From an uncultured Bacillales bacterium (GTDB lineage Bacteria; Bacillota_I; Bacilli_A; RFN20; CAG-826), in the NCBI GenBank assembly GCA_946612115.1, contig CAMOEI010000003.1, forward strand, positions 46,515-110,514: 64,000 nucleotides of DNA, given 5' to 3'. Shown in pieces: positions 9,984-19,998 of the stretch. The notes under the pieces were generated by a model that made no database searches, was not told the DNA's origin, and saw only the letters and a list, made by a program, of their open reading frames with translations. Position numbers and translations under genes: made by a program. The first letter of the stretch is position 1, and each line of letters begins with the position of its first letter.

Positions 9984-11972
9984 TTATAAATCCGCTTTCA
10001 TTTCTAAGATAATGTCTCTTAATTCAATAGCCCTTTCGAAATCAAAGTTCTTCGCAGCTTCTTTCATTTCTTTTTCTAGCTCTTTTATTTTTCTAGTGAG
10101 TTCGCTTCTACTACCTGATTTAGAAATACGAATTGCTTCACTAATTTCATCATCGGAATTATGGATAGGGGCTCTAATTTCTTTAACGATAGTGCGAGGA
10201 ACAATACCGTTTTCATCGTTATAAGCTTCTTGAACCGCCCTACGACGATTAGTTTCTTCAATCGCTTCTCTCATAGAATCAGTCATATGATCTCCGTACA
10301 TAACCACTAAACCATTTTGGTTACGACTTGCTCTACCAATAACTTGAATCAAGCTTCTAGTGCTTCTTAAGAAGCCTTCTTTATCTGCGTCCAAAATAGA
10401 AACTAATGATACTTCAGGAATGTCTAAACCCTCTCTTAATAAGTTAATACCCACTAAAACATCATATTTACCTTTACGAAGTTGATAGATAATCTCAGTT
10501 CTTTCTAATGTTTTGGTTTCATGATGCAAATAAACAACTTTAATTCCTCTTTCTTTGAGATATTGAGTAAGGTCTTCTGCCATTTTGACAGTTAAGGTAA
10601 CAACCATGACTCTTTCATTTTTCTTAGTTCTTTTCTTTATCTCAAATAATAAGTCATCTATTTGACCTTTGGTTGGTCTAACTTCAACTCGAGGATCAAG
10701 TAATCCAGTAGGACGAATAATTTGTTCTGCTATAGGAGCGTCTGTATTATTAAGCTCGTAATCTCCAGGAGTTGCGGATGTACAAATCGTTTGAGGAATA
10801 AGGTTTATAAATTCTTCAAAATTAAGTGGTCTATTATCTAACGCGCTTGGAAGTCTAAAACCATATTCCACGAGAGTTTCTTTTCTGCTTCGATCTCCAT
10901 TATACATTCCTCTTACTTGAGGAAGAGATACGTGAGATTCATCAACAAAAAGGATAAAATCCTTTGGGAAATAATCTAATAAGCAGAATGGTCTTTCTCC
11001 TGGTTTTCTTTTATCAATATGTCTTGAATAGTTTTCTATTCCAGGACATATACCAAATTCTTCCATATTTTCAATATCTTGATTTGTTCTCATTTCTAGA
11101 CGTTCTTTTTCAAGATATTTTTCGTTTTCCTCAAAGTACTTTAGTCTTTCTTTTAATTCTTCTCTAATAGTTTCACAAGCTTCTTTAATCCTTAATCTAG
11201 TAGACGCGTGATCATACGCAGGAAAGATTGGATAAGTATGATATGAATGGAGAATTTCTCCTGTCAAATTATTAACTTCATAAATTTTTTCAATCTCATC
11301 ACCAAAAGTATCAAGTCTAATAAGAGTGTTATCACCCATATTGGCAGGAACAATTTCAATAATGTCTCCTCTCACTCTAAAAGAGCCTGGTGGAGTATCT
11401 AAATTATTTCTTTTATATTGAGCATCAACAAGTTTAGCGTAGAACTCTTTACGGTTAATCTCTTCACCAACTCGAATATTAAAAACAAGGTTACGATATT
11501 CATCTGGATCGGTTAAACCATATATCGACGCAACAGAAGCCACAATAATTGTGTCTCTTCTTTCTAAAATTGAATTGATCGCGCTTGTTCTAAGCATTTC
11601 GATTTCATCATTCATCACTGCGTTTTTATCAATGTAGGTGTCGCTTTTTGGAATATAGGCTTCTGGTTGATAAAAATCGAAATTAGAAACAAAATATTCC
11701 ACTCGGTTATGTGGGAACAATTCTTTAAATTCTGAATATAGTTGACCAGCTAATGTTTTGTTATGAACTAAGACGAGAGTAGGGCGTTGAACTTGTTCGA
11801 TAATATTCGCCATTGTAAAAGTCTTTCCGGTACCAGTAGCACCGAGAAGAACTTGTAGTTTCTTTCCTTCATTTAAACCCTTAACTAATTGAGCGATTGC
11901 GGTAGGCTGATCACCTGTTGGTTTAAAGTTAGAAACTATCTCAAATTTGTGTGTTTTATCGTAATTTTCCAC
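9984..11972 (-). CDS. uvrB: Excinuclease ABC subunit B
   Basis: [19 protein letters not shown]-terminal UVR domain. Confidence 0.98.
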   Translation of the reverse strand: MENYDKTHKFEIVSNFKPTGDQPTAIAQLVKGLNEGKKLQVLLGATGTGKTFTMANIIEQVQRPTLVLVHNKTLAGQLYSEFKELFPHNRVEYFVSNFDFYQPEAYIPKSDTYIDKNAVMNDEIEMLRTSAINSILERRDTIIVASVASIYGLTDPDEYRNLVFNIRVGEEINRKEFYAKLVDAQYKRNNLDTPPGSFRVRGDIIEIVPANMGDNTLIRLDTFGDEIEKIYEVNNLTGEILHSYHTYPIFPAYDHASTRLRIKEACETIREELKERLKYFEENEKYLEKERLEMRTNQDIENMEEFGICPGIENYSRHIDKRKPGERPFCLLDYFPKDFILFVDESHVSLPQVRGMYNGDRSRKETLVEYGFRLPSALDNRPLNFEEFINLIPQTICTSATPGDYELNNTDAPIAEQIIRPTGLLDPRVEVRPTKGQIDDLLFEIKKRTKKNERVMVVTLTVKMAEDLTQYLKERGIKVVYLHHETKTLERTEIIYQLRKGKYDVLVGINLLREGLDIPEVSLVSILDADKEGFLRSTRSLIQVIGRASRNQNGLVVMYGDHMTDSMREAIEETNRRRAVQEAYNDENGIVPRTIVKEIRAPIHNSDDEISEAIRISKSGSRSELTRKIKELEKEMKEAAKNFDFERAIELRDIILEMKADL

Positions 11973-11981
11973 GTAAAATCC

Positions 11982-12926
11982 CTATTTTTTCTTAATTTTT
12001 GGCTTTTTCTTGTTTTTCGTAAAGCCTTCTCCATAAACCGCGTTAGTTTGAGTAAAAGTCACAAAAGCACTTGGATCAATAGAAGCGATATATTCTCTAA
12101 TTTTTTCATATTGACTACGAGGGAAAACAATACGGAGAATAACTCTTTCTTGTCCTTTAAAACCACCTTCAGAACGAATGATAGTGGTCCCTCTTTGTAA
12201 TTCATTTTGAGCAAAATAGCTAATGTCTTCCCACTTGTCAGAAATGATATCAACTTGATAGGAAGTAAGACTCTTGTTATAGACTGTTTCGATTAAGACT
12301 GCGGTAATGAAACTTGATAAAATTCCACATAGCCCCGGAATAAGCATATCCGGGTTAGTAGTGGCCATAGAAAGTAAACCAACTATAATGACAAATGCAT
12401 CAACCATAAAGCTAGTGATAGATTCTCTAATTCTGAAATATTTGCTAGCGATTAATTGAATAACATCAACTCCACCAGTAGAACCTCCGCCCAAGAAAGT
12501 AACAGCGACTCCGGCACCAACAAAAACTCCACCAAATAAACCACACAAGATGTAGTTTCCTACTTGAGGTGTTCCTCCATTAGACATTCCAGCAAACTGT
12601 AATGCTAAATTTTGGAAGAAATCAACTCTTTGGAATAAGAATGTCAATCCAATATAAACAATAGTGGAGAATAATGTTCTAATGGCAAAACTTTTCCCTA
12701 AGAAAATTAATCCCAATATCCAGAATAAAAGCATTAATCCTGCAACTGCGTAATCATATATTTCAAAAGAGACAAAGTGTTGAATAATAATGGCAATACC
12801 ACTAATTCCACCAGAAACAATTTCTAGCTTGGCTAGAAAGACAACAGCGCCAAAAGCAAGAATAAGCGTTCCTAAAAACACTAAGAAGTAATTCTTTAAA
12901 TAGTTAAAACATTTTGATCTAGTCAT
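11982..12926 (-). CDS. YitT family membrane protein
   Basis: [14 protein letters not shown] and IDPSAFV motifs; start set at the ATG at 12926 after GGAGG. Confidence 0.85.
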   Translation of the reverse strand: MTRSKCFNYLKNYFLVFLGTLILAFGAVVFLAKLEIVSGGISGIAIIIQHFVSFEIYDYAVAGLMLLFWILGLIFLGKSFAIRTLFSTIVYIGLTFLFQRVDFFQNLALQFAGMSNGGTPQVGNYILCGLFGGVFVGAGVAVTFLGGGSTGGVDVIQLIASKYFRIRESITSFMVDAFVIIVGLLSMATTNPDMLIPGLCGILSSFITAVLIETVYNKSLTSYQVDIISDKWEDISYFAQNELQRGTTIIRSEGGFKGQERVILRIVFPRSQYEKIREYIASIDPSAFVTFTQTNAVYGEGFTKNKKKPKIKKK

Positions 12927-14023
12927 TGTTTTTGGCCTCCTGCTGTAAATATGCATATATGAAATTATCAATTGCTCCGTTCATTACACCTAGAACATCG
13001 GTTTCTTCATAATTAGTTCTATTATCTTTTACTAATGTATATGGGCAGAAAACATATGAACGAATTTGACTACCCCATTCAATATTTTTCTTTTCTCCAA
13101 CAACGGCGTTAAGAGCGTTATTTCTTTTTTCTACTTCTAGTAAATATAATTTACTTTTTAACATCGCCATTGCCGTTTCTTTATTTGAAAGCTGACTTCT
13201 TTCAATTTGGCAAGAAACAACAATACCAGTTGGTAGGTGAGTGATTCTAACAGCGGTTTCAACTTTATTAACGTTTTGTCCGCCTGCTCCACCAGATCGA
13301 TAAGTATCAATTTTTAAATCTGAATCCTTAATATCGATATCAATAGAGTCACTTTGGAATTCAGGAATGACGTTAACGCTAGCAAACGATGTATGTCTTC
13401 TTTTGTTCGCATCAAAAGGAGAAATTCTTACTAAACGATGAACACCTTTTTCACTTTTAAGTAGGCCATATGCGTGAGCGCCACTGATTTTAATTGTAAC
13501 TGATTTAATACCAGCTTCTTCTCCAGGTTCATAAGAGATTAATTGCATCTTATATTTATGGGCTTCAGCGTACAAAACATACATCCTATATAGCATGTCT
13601 GCCCAGTCTTGAGCCTCAGTGCCTCCAGCTCCTGGATGAATCTCCAAAATAGCGTTTAAATTATCAAATTCGCCATTAAAAAGACGTTCAATTTCAAAAA
13701 TTCCAACATTTTTCTTTAATTCTTCTAAATTATCACCAACAAAATCAATGAACGATTCATCATTGAATTCAAGCATTTCTAAAAGCTCTTTATAGGTTGA
13801 AGTTAAAGAGTTATATTTTTCAAAAATTGATTTCTTGGAATTGAGTTTATTGATGACTTCTAAAGAATGACGTTTATCATTCCAAAAGCCGTTTTTTTCG
13901 CTTTCAGCTTGTAACTCGTTAATTTCGCTTTGAAGTTTATCGAGGTCAAAGAGAAGACCCGAGTTGACGGATTTTCTCGCCAACAGCACCAAGTTCTTGC
14001 TTTAAGAGCACAAGGTCTTTCAT
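12919..14023 (-). CDS. prfB: Peptide chain release factor 2 with programmed +1 frameshift
   Basis: ATG at 14023, 25 codons, then CTT TGA C (13951-13945); downstream frame carries SPF and GGQ motifs. Confidence 0.97.
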
Positions 14024-16485
14024 TATTTGTTTTCTTCTTTCTTTTCACTAACTTCAGCGTCGATTACTTCACCTTCTGGTTTAGCTTCTTCATCAACAGG
14101 CTTTTTCTCAACTTTAACATTGAGTAAATTAAGCGCTGCATCAACGCTTGCGAGATCTAAACATTCACGGAACATTTTATAACCTTCATTGACGTAATCT
14201 TGTAATGGGTTAACATTCGCATAACTACGTAAATAAACAGCTTCTCTAAATCTGGCCATCGCATCAATATGTTTGGTCCAGTTTTGGTCAATACATCTGA
14301 GAATGAAGTTTCTCTCGATTTGGTTTTGAAGTTCTTCTGGCCATTCTTTTTTCTTTTCTAAATATTCATCATAGATGAGATCACCTAAATCTGGCGCGAC
14401 ATCTTCAACGTCACTTTCATCATATAAAAGTGGATTGATTGATCCTTCTGGCAAGAATCTTGGTTCGACTTCTTTTTTGATGAGCTCACCAGAAACAATG
14501 CGGTCTGTATTTCCTTCTGGAACGGCTTTATTCGCTAAGAAACTACCAGTAGTTTTAAAGACATCACTAACGATATCAGTAATATCTTTTCCTTCGATGA
14601 TTCTATCACGTTTGTCATAGACAATTTGTCTTTGTTTCGCTAAAACATCATCGTAATCAAGTAACGATTTACGAGTATCAAAGTTTTGTCCTTCGATTCT
14701 CTTTTGTGCGCCTGTAATGACGTTAGTGATCATTTTGGCTTCGATTGCTTCTTCACCAAAATTCTTTTCAATCATATTTCGCATATTATCAGCGGCGAAT
14801 CTCACTAAGAGTTCATCATCAAAAGAGACGTAGAATCTTGAAAATCCTGGATCACCTTGACGTCCAGAACGTCCTCTTAATTGGTTATCAATACGTCTAG
14901 ATTCATGTCTTTCTGTACCTAAAACACATAAACCACTCAGATGAGTGATACCTTTTTCAGCGAGTTCTTTTCTTTTTTCTTCGCTGACAGTTTCATCTAA
15001 GTGTCTAACTGTGTCATCAATTTTAATGTCAGTACCACGACCTGCCATGTTAGTGGCAAGGGTGATGGAATTAAGTTTACCAGCGTCTTTGATGATCTCA
15101 GCTTCACGTTCATGATTTTTCGCGTTTAACATTTGATGTGGTAAACCTGCTTCATTTAATAAAGCAGAGATTTCTTCTGATGATTCAACTGAAACAGTAC
15201 CAATTAATATTGGTTGACCGATTTCATGACGGGCTTTAACTTCTTCCACTAAAGCTTTAAGTTTTGGTCCTTTATGAGCATAGACATAGTCTAAAGCATC
15301 AAATCTAGCAATTGGTCTATTTGGTGGAACACAGACAACTCTCATGTTGTAGATCTTTCTGAATTCCTCTTCTTCAGTTTTAGCGGTACCAGTCATACCT
15401 GCCATCTTTTTGAAAAGTCTAAAGAAGTTTTGATAAGTAATAGTGGCCATGGTGATGGTTTCTTGCTTAATCTCAACATTTTCTTTAGCTTGAACAGCCT
15501 GATGTAAACCATCAGACCATTCTCTTCCTGGAAGAACACGACCAGTAAATTGGTCAATGATTTGGATTTGGCCTTCTCCATCCACTAAATAGTCTACGTC
15601 TCTAGCCATGATGTAGTTTGCTTTCAAAGCATTATGAATTCTATGAACTAAATCAGCGTATTCTGGGTCGTAAAGATTTTTAATACCAAAGCTCTTATCC
15701 GCTTTGAGGTTACCAGAATCTGTTAGGTTAACAGTCTTTTCTTTGACATCAATAGCGAAGTCAACATCTCTTTTAAGAGATTTAACAAATCTATCAGCAA
15801 CTGTATATTGATACGCACTCGCTCTAGCGCCACCAGAAATAATAAGCGGCGTTCTAGATTCATCAATTAAGATTGAGTCAGCTTCATCAACGATACAGAA
15901 GTTAAGACCTCTTAAAACTCTATGGGCCATATCGGTTGCCATATTATCTCTTAAGTAGTCGAAGCCTAATTCAGAGTTAGTGGTGTATGTGATATCACAT
16001 AAATAAGCTTCTTTCTTTTCACTTGTCGTTTTTGTTCTAAGGTTAACTCCTACAGAGAGACCTAAGAAACGATAAATTTGTCCCATCCATTCCGCGTCAC
16101 GTTGAGATAAGTATTCGTTAACAGTGACAACGTGGACACCTTTACCTGAAAGGGCGTTTAAATATACCGCCATAGTGGCAGTTAAGGTTTTACCTTCACC
16201 AGTTTTCATTTCAGCGACATCGCCATCATGTAAAACTAATGAACCAATGATTTGTACTTTATAAGGGAATTCAGCAATTGTTCTTCTTGCAGCTTCTCTA
16301 GCAACAGCAAAAGCTTCAACTTTGATGTCTTCAAGAGTTTCTCCGTTAGCAAGACGAGATTTAAATTCTTCTGTTTTCGCTCTTAAATCATCATCACTAA
16401 GAGCTTTCATTTGATCTTCTAAAGCGAGAACTTTGTTGGCGACTTTTTCATATTTTTTAAGCGCCATTTTGTCAAAAAATCCCAT
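14023..16485 (-). CDS. secA: Preprotein translocase ATPase SecA
   Basis: MKTGEGKT, DEADSILIDE, TNMAGRGTDI, RSGRQGDPG. Confidence 0.98.
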   Translation of the reverse strand: MGFFDKMALKKYEKVANKVLALEDQMKALSDDDLRAKTEEFKSRLANGETLEDIKVEAFAVAREAARRTIAEFPYKVQIIGSLVLHDGDVAEMKTGEGKTLTATMAVYLNALSGKGVHVVTVNEYLSQRDAEWMGQIYRFLGLSVGVNLRTKTTSEKKEAYLCDITYTTNSELGFDYLRDNMATDMAHRVLRGLNFCIVDEADSILIDESRTPLIISGGARASAYQYTVADRFVKSLKRDVDFAIDVKEKTVNLTDSGNLKADKSFGIKNLYDPEYADLVHRIHNALKANYIMARDVDYLVDGEGQIQIIDQFTGRVLPGREWSDGLHQAVQAKENVEIKQETITMATITYQNFFRLFKKMAGMTGTAKTEEEEFRKIYNMRVVCVPPNRPIARFDALDYVYAHKGPKLKALVEEVKARHEIGQPILIGTVSVESSEEISALLNEAGLPHQMLNAKNHEREAEIIKDAGKLNSITLATNMAGRGTDIKIDDTVRHLDETVSEEKRKELAEKGITHLSGLCVLGTERHESRRIDNQLRGRSGRQGDPGFSRFYVSFDDELLVRFAADNMRNMIEKNFGEEAIEAKMITNVITGAQKRIEGQNFDTRKSLLDYDDVLAKQRQIVYDKRDRIIEGKDITDIVSDVFKTTGSFLANKAVPEGNTDRIVSGELIKKEVEPRFLPEGSINPLLYDESDVEDVAPDLGDLIYDEYLEKKKEWPEELQNQIERNFILRCIDQNWTKHIDAMARFREAVYLRSYANVNPLQDYVNEGYKMFRECLDLASVDAALNLLNVKVEKKPVDEEAKPEGEVIDAEVSEKKEENK

Positions 16486-16571
16486 TTTGATACCTCCAAT
16501 CTTCTTTTTCTTTAATATAAAGAAGTGTAATTCAGTCGTTGTTTAATATACCATTTTCTGTATTAGTTAGT

Positions 16572-17279
16572 CTAATACAATTTGTCTAATATTGTTTTTT
16601 GCGTATTTCTTTTATCTAAATCAATCGTTTTGGCAATCACTAATACTTCAATCTTTTTTGGATTACCTTCATTAAGCAAACTAATTGATTTTCGTAATGT
16701 AGATCCGGTAGTGAATATATCGTCTACGAGTAATATTTTCTTATTTTTCACTATGTGAATATCTTTACTTTCAAGGACATCATCAATCTTTAATCTATCC
16801 TTTGATTTATGACTTGCTTGATGATGGTCTTGGTTTTTAAATAAGACATCTAGCACAGGAAGATTAAGCGAAGAAAAGATTGCTTCTACCTGATTAAACC
16901 CTCTTTTTAAATCTGCGAGTTTATGAGAGGGAACATAAACGATATGGTAACCCTTATACCTTAATTTTAAATAAGGTAAGAATCTAGAAATGAAGACATC
17001 CTTTAATTCGTAGTCTCCACACGCTTTAAGCGTATGGATCAAACTTTTTATGTGTTCAGTGTAATAATAGATGCTTAAAGCTTTATTTCCTAAGATTGAA
17101 AAGTTAATAAATTTAGGTTCTAATTCTTGAAAACATTTTTCACATAAAACATTATTCTTATTCATTAATGAATATAGTGAATTAGTCTTTATTTCTTGAA
17201 GGCATATTTTGCAGTGCTTTGTTAGAGGAAGTAATGTCGTTAATACATTCCTCCATGGCGTTTGTTTTTCTTTTTCCAA
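16572..17279 (-). CDS. comFC: ComF family phosphoribosyltransferase-like competence protein
   Basis: CxxC...CxxC, RGFNQ, LLVDDIFTTGST; downstream of comFA. Confidence 0.85.
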   Translation of the reverse strand: MEKEKQTPWRNVLTTLLPLTKHCKICLQEIKTNSLYSLMNKNNVLCEKCFQELEPKFINFSILGNKALSIYYYTEHIKSLIHTLKACGDYELKDVFISRFLPYLKLRYKGYHIVYVPSHKLADLKRGFNQVEAIFSSLNLPVLDVLFKNQDHHQASHKSKDRLKIDDVLESKDIHIVKNKKILLVDDIFTTGSTLRKSISLLNEGNPKKIEVLVIAKTIDLDKRNTQKTILDKLY

Positions 17280-18351
17280 TAAATATCACCTCTCCTTCTG
17301 GAGCATCTATTTTTCTTCCCACTCTACCTGCTATTTGAATTAAAGTTCCTTTGTCATAGACAAGATTATCCGCATTAAAGACAATAACTTGGAGATTTTT
17401 CACAGTTACTCCTCTTTCTAAAACAGAAGTAGTTACTAGATAACGAAATATTTTATTTCTAAATCCATCAATAACTTCTTTTCTTGTCTCTTTTTGTGAA
17501 TTGACATAATTGCCGCCTTTAAAGAAAAGTGACAAAAAGTAATATAGTTTTATGCTTTCTTCAATCGTGGGTGAAAAGACAAATACTTGTTTATTCTCTT
17601 TTAAAAATTTCTTCATATATTTTATCAATATAAAATAATTAGTTATAAAATCACTAATTTTGATTATAGGCACTGGTAAGGGATGACGATGAAATCTAGT
17701 TTCTAATCTTAAGATGTCTTTATTGTCTTTACTAAACTCCTCTATAACATCTTTATTAGGAGTGGCGGACATTAAAATGTAATGACCACATAATGACTCA
17801 TGAAACATCGAATGTAAGATTGGATCTCCTTTAAATGGAAAGGCATCAATTTCATCTAAAACAATTAGATTAAAGTATTTCTTGTAACGGAAAAATTGAT
17901 GAGTTGTTAAGACTACAATGTCTCCAGTAAGTGTTTTATTATGCCCTCCATAGACAGAAACAACCTTATTAAATTTGAATATATCTCTTAACCTACTATG
18001 TAATTCTATTACAACATCTTTTCTAGGTACCGCAAAGGCCACTTTTTCTCCGCAATTTATTGCGTATTTTATAACCGCTAAAGAGATTTCCGTTTTACCA
18101 GATCCGCACACCGCAAAAACTAAACTATCAATTCCTTTCTTGTAGTTTTCAACAAGTTTATTTGATAGTTCTTTTTGATCTGGAGAGAGTTCATATTCTA
18201 GGTGTATAGGCGCCTTCTTGGGATAAGAAGGTTTGTGTTCAACTTCTTCACCTTTAAAAGAAATGCATTTTCGACAATATTGTTTGCCATTCAGAATTCC
18301 GATTGAATGGATATCTGTGTTACCACAAATAGGACATTTATAAGTTTCTAT
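17182..18351 (-). CDS. comFA: ComFA DEAD-box helicase; frame extends to an ATA codon at 18351 (389 aa)
   Basis: N-terminal CPICGN...YCRKC zinc finger in frame with AVCGSGKT, DEIDAFP, LERGVT, QIAGRVGR; SD AAAGGAGG 9 nt before the ATA. Confidence 0.88.
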   Translation of the reverse strand: METYKCPICGNTDIHSIGILNGKQYCRKCISFKGEEVEHKPSYPKKAPIHLEYELSPDQKELSNKLVENYKKGIDSLVFAVCGSGKTEISLAVIKYAINCGEKVAFAVPRKDVVIELHSRLRDIFKFNKVVSVYGGHNKTLTGDIVVLTTHQFFRYKKYFNLIVLDEIDAFPFKGDPILHSMFHESLCGHYILMSATPNKDVIEEFSKDNKDILRLETRFHRHPLPVPIIKISDFITNYFILIKYMKKFLKENKQVFVFSPTIEESIKLYYFLSLFFKGGNYVNSQKETRKEVIDGFRNKIFRYLVTTSVLERGVTVKNLQVIVFNADNLVYDKGTLIQIAGRVGRKIDAPEGEVIFIGKRKTNAMEECINDITSSNKALQNMPSRNKD

Positions 18352-18387
18352 ATTGCATTGCCTCCTTTATTTTGGTTTAATATATGT

Positions 18388-18435
18388 AGTGATTCGCAGG
18401 TGAGATCCGTTGTTGGTCTGGTGAATCATTTTTTT
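18388..18435 (+). ncRNA. Putative small RNA unit A (bulged hairpin plus T7), antisense to the 3' end of ORF 18426-18749
   Basis: TTGCAT(18353)-N17-TTTAAT(18376) upstream; TGATTCGC[AGGTG]AGATC(loop)GGTCT[G]GTGAATCA then T-tract. Confidence 0.6.
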
Positions 18436-18749
18436 CTTTTTATAGACTCAATAAGTGGTTTATCTTCTTTGTTTATTTTTATGCCTTCTAATGGCCTACT
18501 GCCAAGATCTCTTCTTTTGCTTTTCGAAGGCATATTGTGAACAAACGACACTCTAACTTTAATTGGTTCTATGCTGTGCTTTAATTTAATTCTTTTAGGG
18601 CCTGGTGATGATGTAAACACAATAACAAAATAATTGTTTTTCTTATCACTCTTCTTATAAAGAAGAGCTGGATGTCCACCATGTCCATCACTATGTATAT
18701 AAAATCTTCCTCTTTCTAAATGTTTGTTATAAATCTTTTTCTTGCTCAT
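18426..18749 (-). CDS. Small basic protein, PemK/MazF/ToxN-like fold suspected (paralog 1)
   Basis: SD AAAGGAG; GRFY..DG.GGHP.LLYK..VIVFTS..KLKH shared with 19425-19829. Confidence 0.7.
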   Translation of the reverse strand: MSKKKIYNKHLERGRFYIHSDGHGGHPALLYKKSDKKNNYFVIVFTSSPGPKRIKLKHSIEPIKVRVSFVHNMPSKSKRRDLGSRPLEGIKINKEDKPLIESIKRKK

Positions 18750-18769
18750 AATTTCTCCTTTCTGTTATG

Positions 18770-19036
18770 GATTTCATATTTCCGGGGAACCACATACCGC
18801 AAAAACTAAACTGTCTATCCTTTTTTATAGTTCTCCACTAGTTTATCTGATAATACTTTTTGTTCTGGAGATAGTTCATATTCAAGATGAATAGGTGCTT
18901 TTTTAGGATATGACTGCGTGTGTTCGACTTCTTCACCTTTAAAAGAGATACATCTTCGACAATATTGTTTGCCATTCAGAATTCCGATTGAATGGATATC
19001 TGTGTTACCACAAATAGGACATTTATAAGTTTCTAT
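18770..19036 (-). pseudogene. Diverged, frameshifted duplicate of the comFA 5' end (zinc finger to Walker A)
   Basis: 18955-19043 is identical to 18270-18358 (89 bp); the rest differs mostly synonymously; 1-nt deletion near 18818; homology ends at about CGSGKTEI. Confidence 0.85.
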
Positions 19037-19073
19037 ATTGCATCATCTCCTTTCTTTTGATTAAATATTTATA

Positions 19074-19131
19074 CTATGATCGATTCGCTCGGAGCCGCAT
19101 TATTGCCGGCTCGTGGATCTCATCTTTTTTT
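19074..19131 (+). ncRNA. Putative small RNA unit B
   Basis: TTGCAT(19038)-N17-TTAAAT(19061); GATTCGC[TCG]GAGCCG(loop)CGGCTC-GTGGATC then T7. Confidence 0.6.
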
Positions 19132-19187
19132 CTTTTGTATGAGTCTTCTTTGTTGCATTCAAAGTTTTCTTTTGATTAAATATATTT

Positions 19188-19326
19188 AATGATTCGCATG
19201 TTGGAAATCCTTTGTTGGTTTCGGTGAATCATCAAGTTGTCACGCAGGGCTAAATAGGCTCAGACAACCGCGCACCAATTGGCAGCTCGATCTGCCCGAT
19301 GCACTAAGTCCCTAGTGGGCTTTTTT
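19188..19326 (+). ncRNA. Putative small RNA unit C (three bulged hairpins plus terminator)
   Basis: TTGCAT(19153)-N17-TTAAAT(19176); hairpins at 19189-19232, 19236-19268, 19272-19302; CACTA..TAGTG stem and T6. Confidence 0.6.
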
Positions 19327-19370
19327 ATTTGCTTCTTGCTTATTTTGTATACGTTTGGTTAAATGTAACT

Positions 19371-19440
19371 ATGGTCGTGGCCATCACTAGTTGATGCCGA
19401 CCCACAGGAAACTGTGCAGCTCCATTAACGGGGCTTTTTT
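19371..19440 (+). ncRNA. Putative small RNA unit D, antisense to the 3' end of ORF 19425-19829
   Basis: TTGCTT(19336)-N17-TTAAAT(19359); GGTCG[TGGC]CATCA(loop)TGATG[C]CGACC; CACAG-GAAA-CTGTG; AGCTCC..GGGGCT plus T-tract. Confidence 0.6.
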
Positions 19441-19829
19441 ATTTTTTTACGTTTTTTATAATATTTACCATATACTGGGTTACTATTTTGAACCTTGATT
19501 ATTAAATACATGTCTTCATTATCAAACGACATGTCAGAATACTCCTTTTCGCCATAATCATTTCTATCCCCAACGAACGGCCTTTTCTTTAACAAAGAAA
19601 TATCAACGTTTTGATCAGTTGGGTGTTTCAATTTGTAATATCCTTTTCTTAATCCGAGTCTATTAAATTCATCTTCGCTCATTGAACCAGTAATAATTGC
19701 ATAAAATGCTTTGTCTTCATTGTCTATTTTGTATATTTGACCTGGGTGTCCACCCGGACTTCCATCTAGAACTCTATAGAACTTACCTATTTTTAATGTT
19801 ATTTTGTGTTTTCTTCTCTTTTTACTCAT
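19425..19829 (-). CDS. Small basic protein, PemK/MazF/ToxN-like fold suspected (paralog 2)
   Basis: SD GGAGGTG 6 nt before the ATG at 19829; GKFY..DGSPGGHPGQIYK..AIITGS..KLKH. Confidence 0.7.
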   Translation of the reverse strand: MSKKRRKHKITLKIGKFYRVLDGSPGGHPGQIYKIDNEDKAFYAIITGSMSEDEFNRLGLRKGYYKLKHPTDQNVDISLLKKRPFVGDRNDYGEKEYSDMSFDNEDMYLIIKVQNSNPVYGKYYKKRKKIKKPR

Positions 19830-19950
19830 TTTATTCACCTCCTTTGTATTTCATTAAATTAAGTCTTCAAACAAAAAGTTCCTTATATTTATTTAATAGG
19901 GCGATTTTTCGGAATTTTTAAAAAATTAACCAAAATATTTTTTTGAAAAT

Positions 19951-19974
19951 AAAAAAGACCTACAAAGTAGGTCT
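19951..19974 (-). terminator. rpiB operon terminator
   Basis: Minus strand AGACCTAC-TTT-GTAGGTCT plus T-tract. Confidence 0.75.
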
Positions 19975-19998
19975 AAATAATTGTACTAATTAGTGTTA

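Noticed and set aside
12919-13992. ORF-track start of prfB at 13992
   Set aside because: The true start is the ATG at 14023 with a +1 frameshift at CTT TGA C; this is not a pseudogene.
18307-18540. Plus-strand ORFs 18307-18540 and 19697-19921
   Set aside because: Antisense shadows with no RBS that cross RNA, terminator or CDS features.
18388-19440. CRISPR or TIGR array interpretation of the hairpin units
   Set aside because: No identical regularly spaced repeats or constant-length spacers, no cas or Nop-domain gene nearby, and each unit has its own promoter and terminator.
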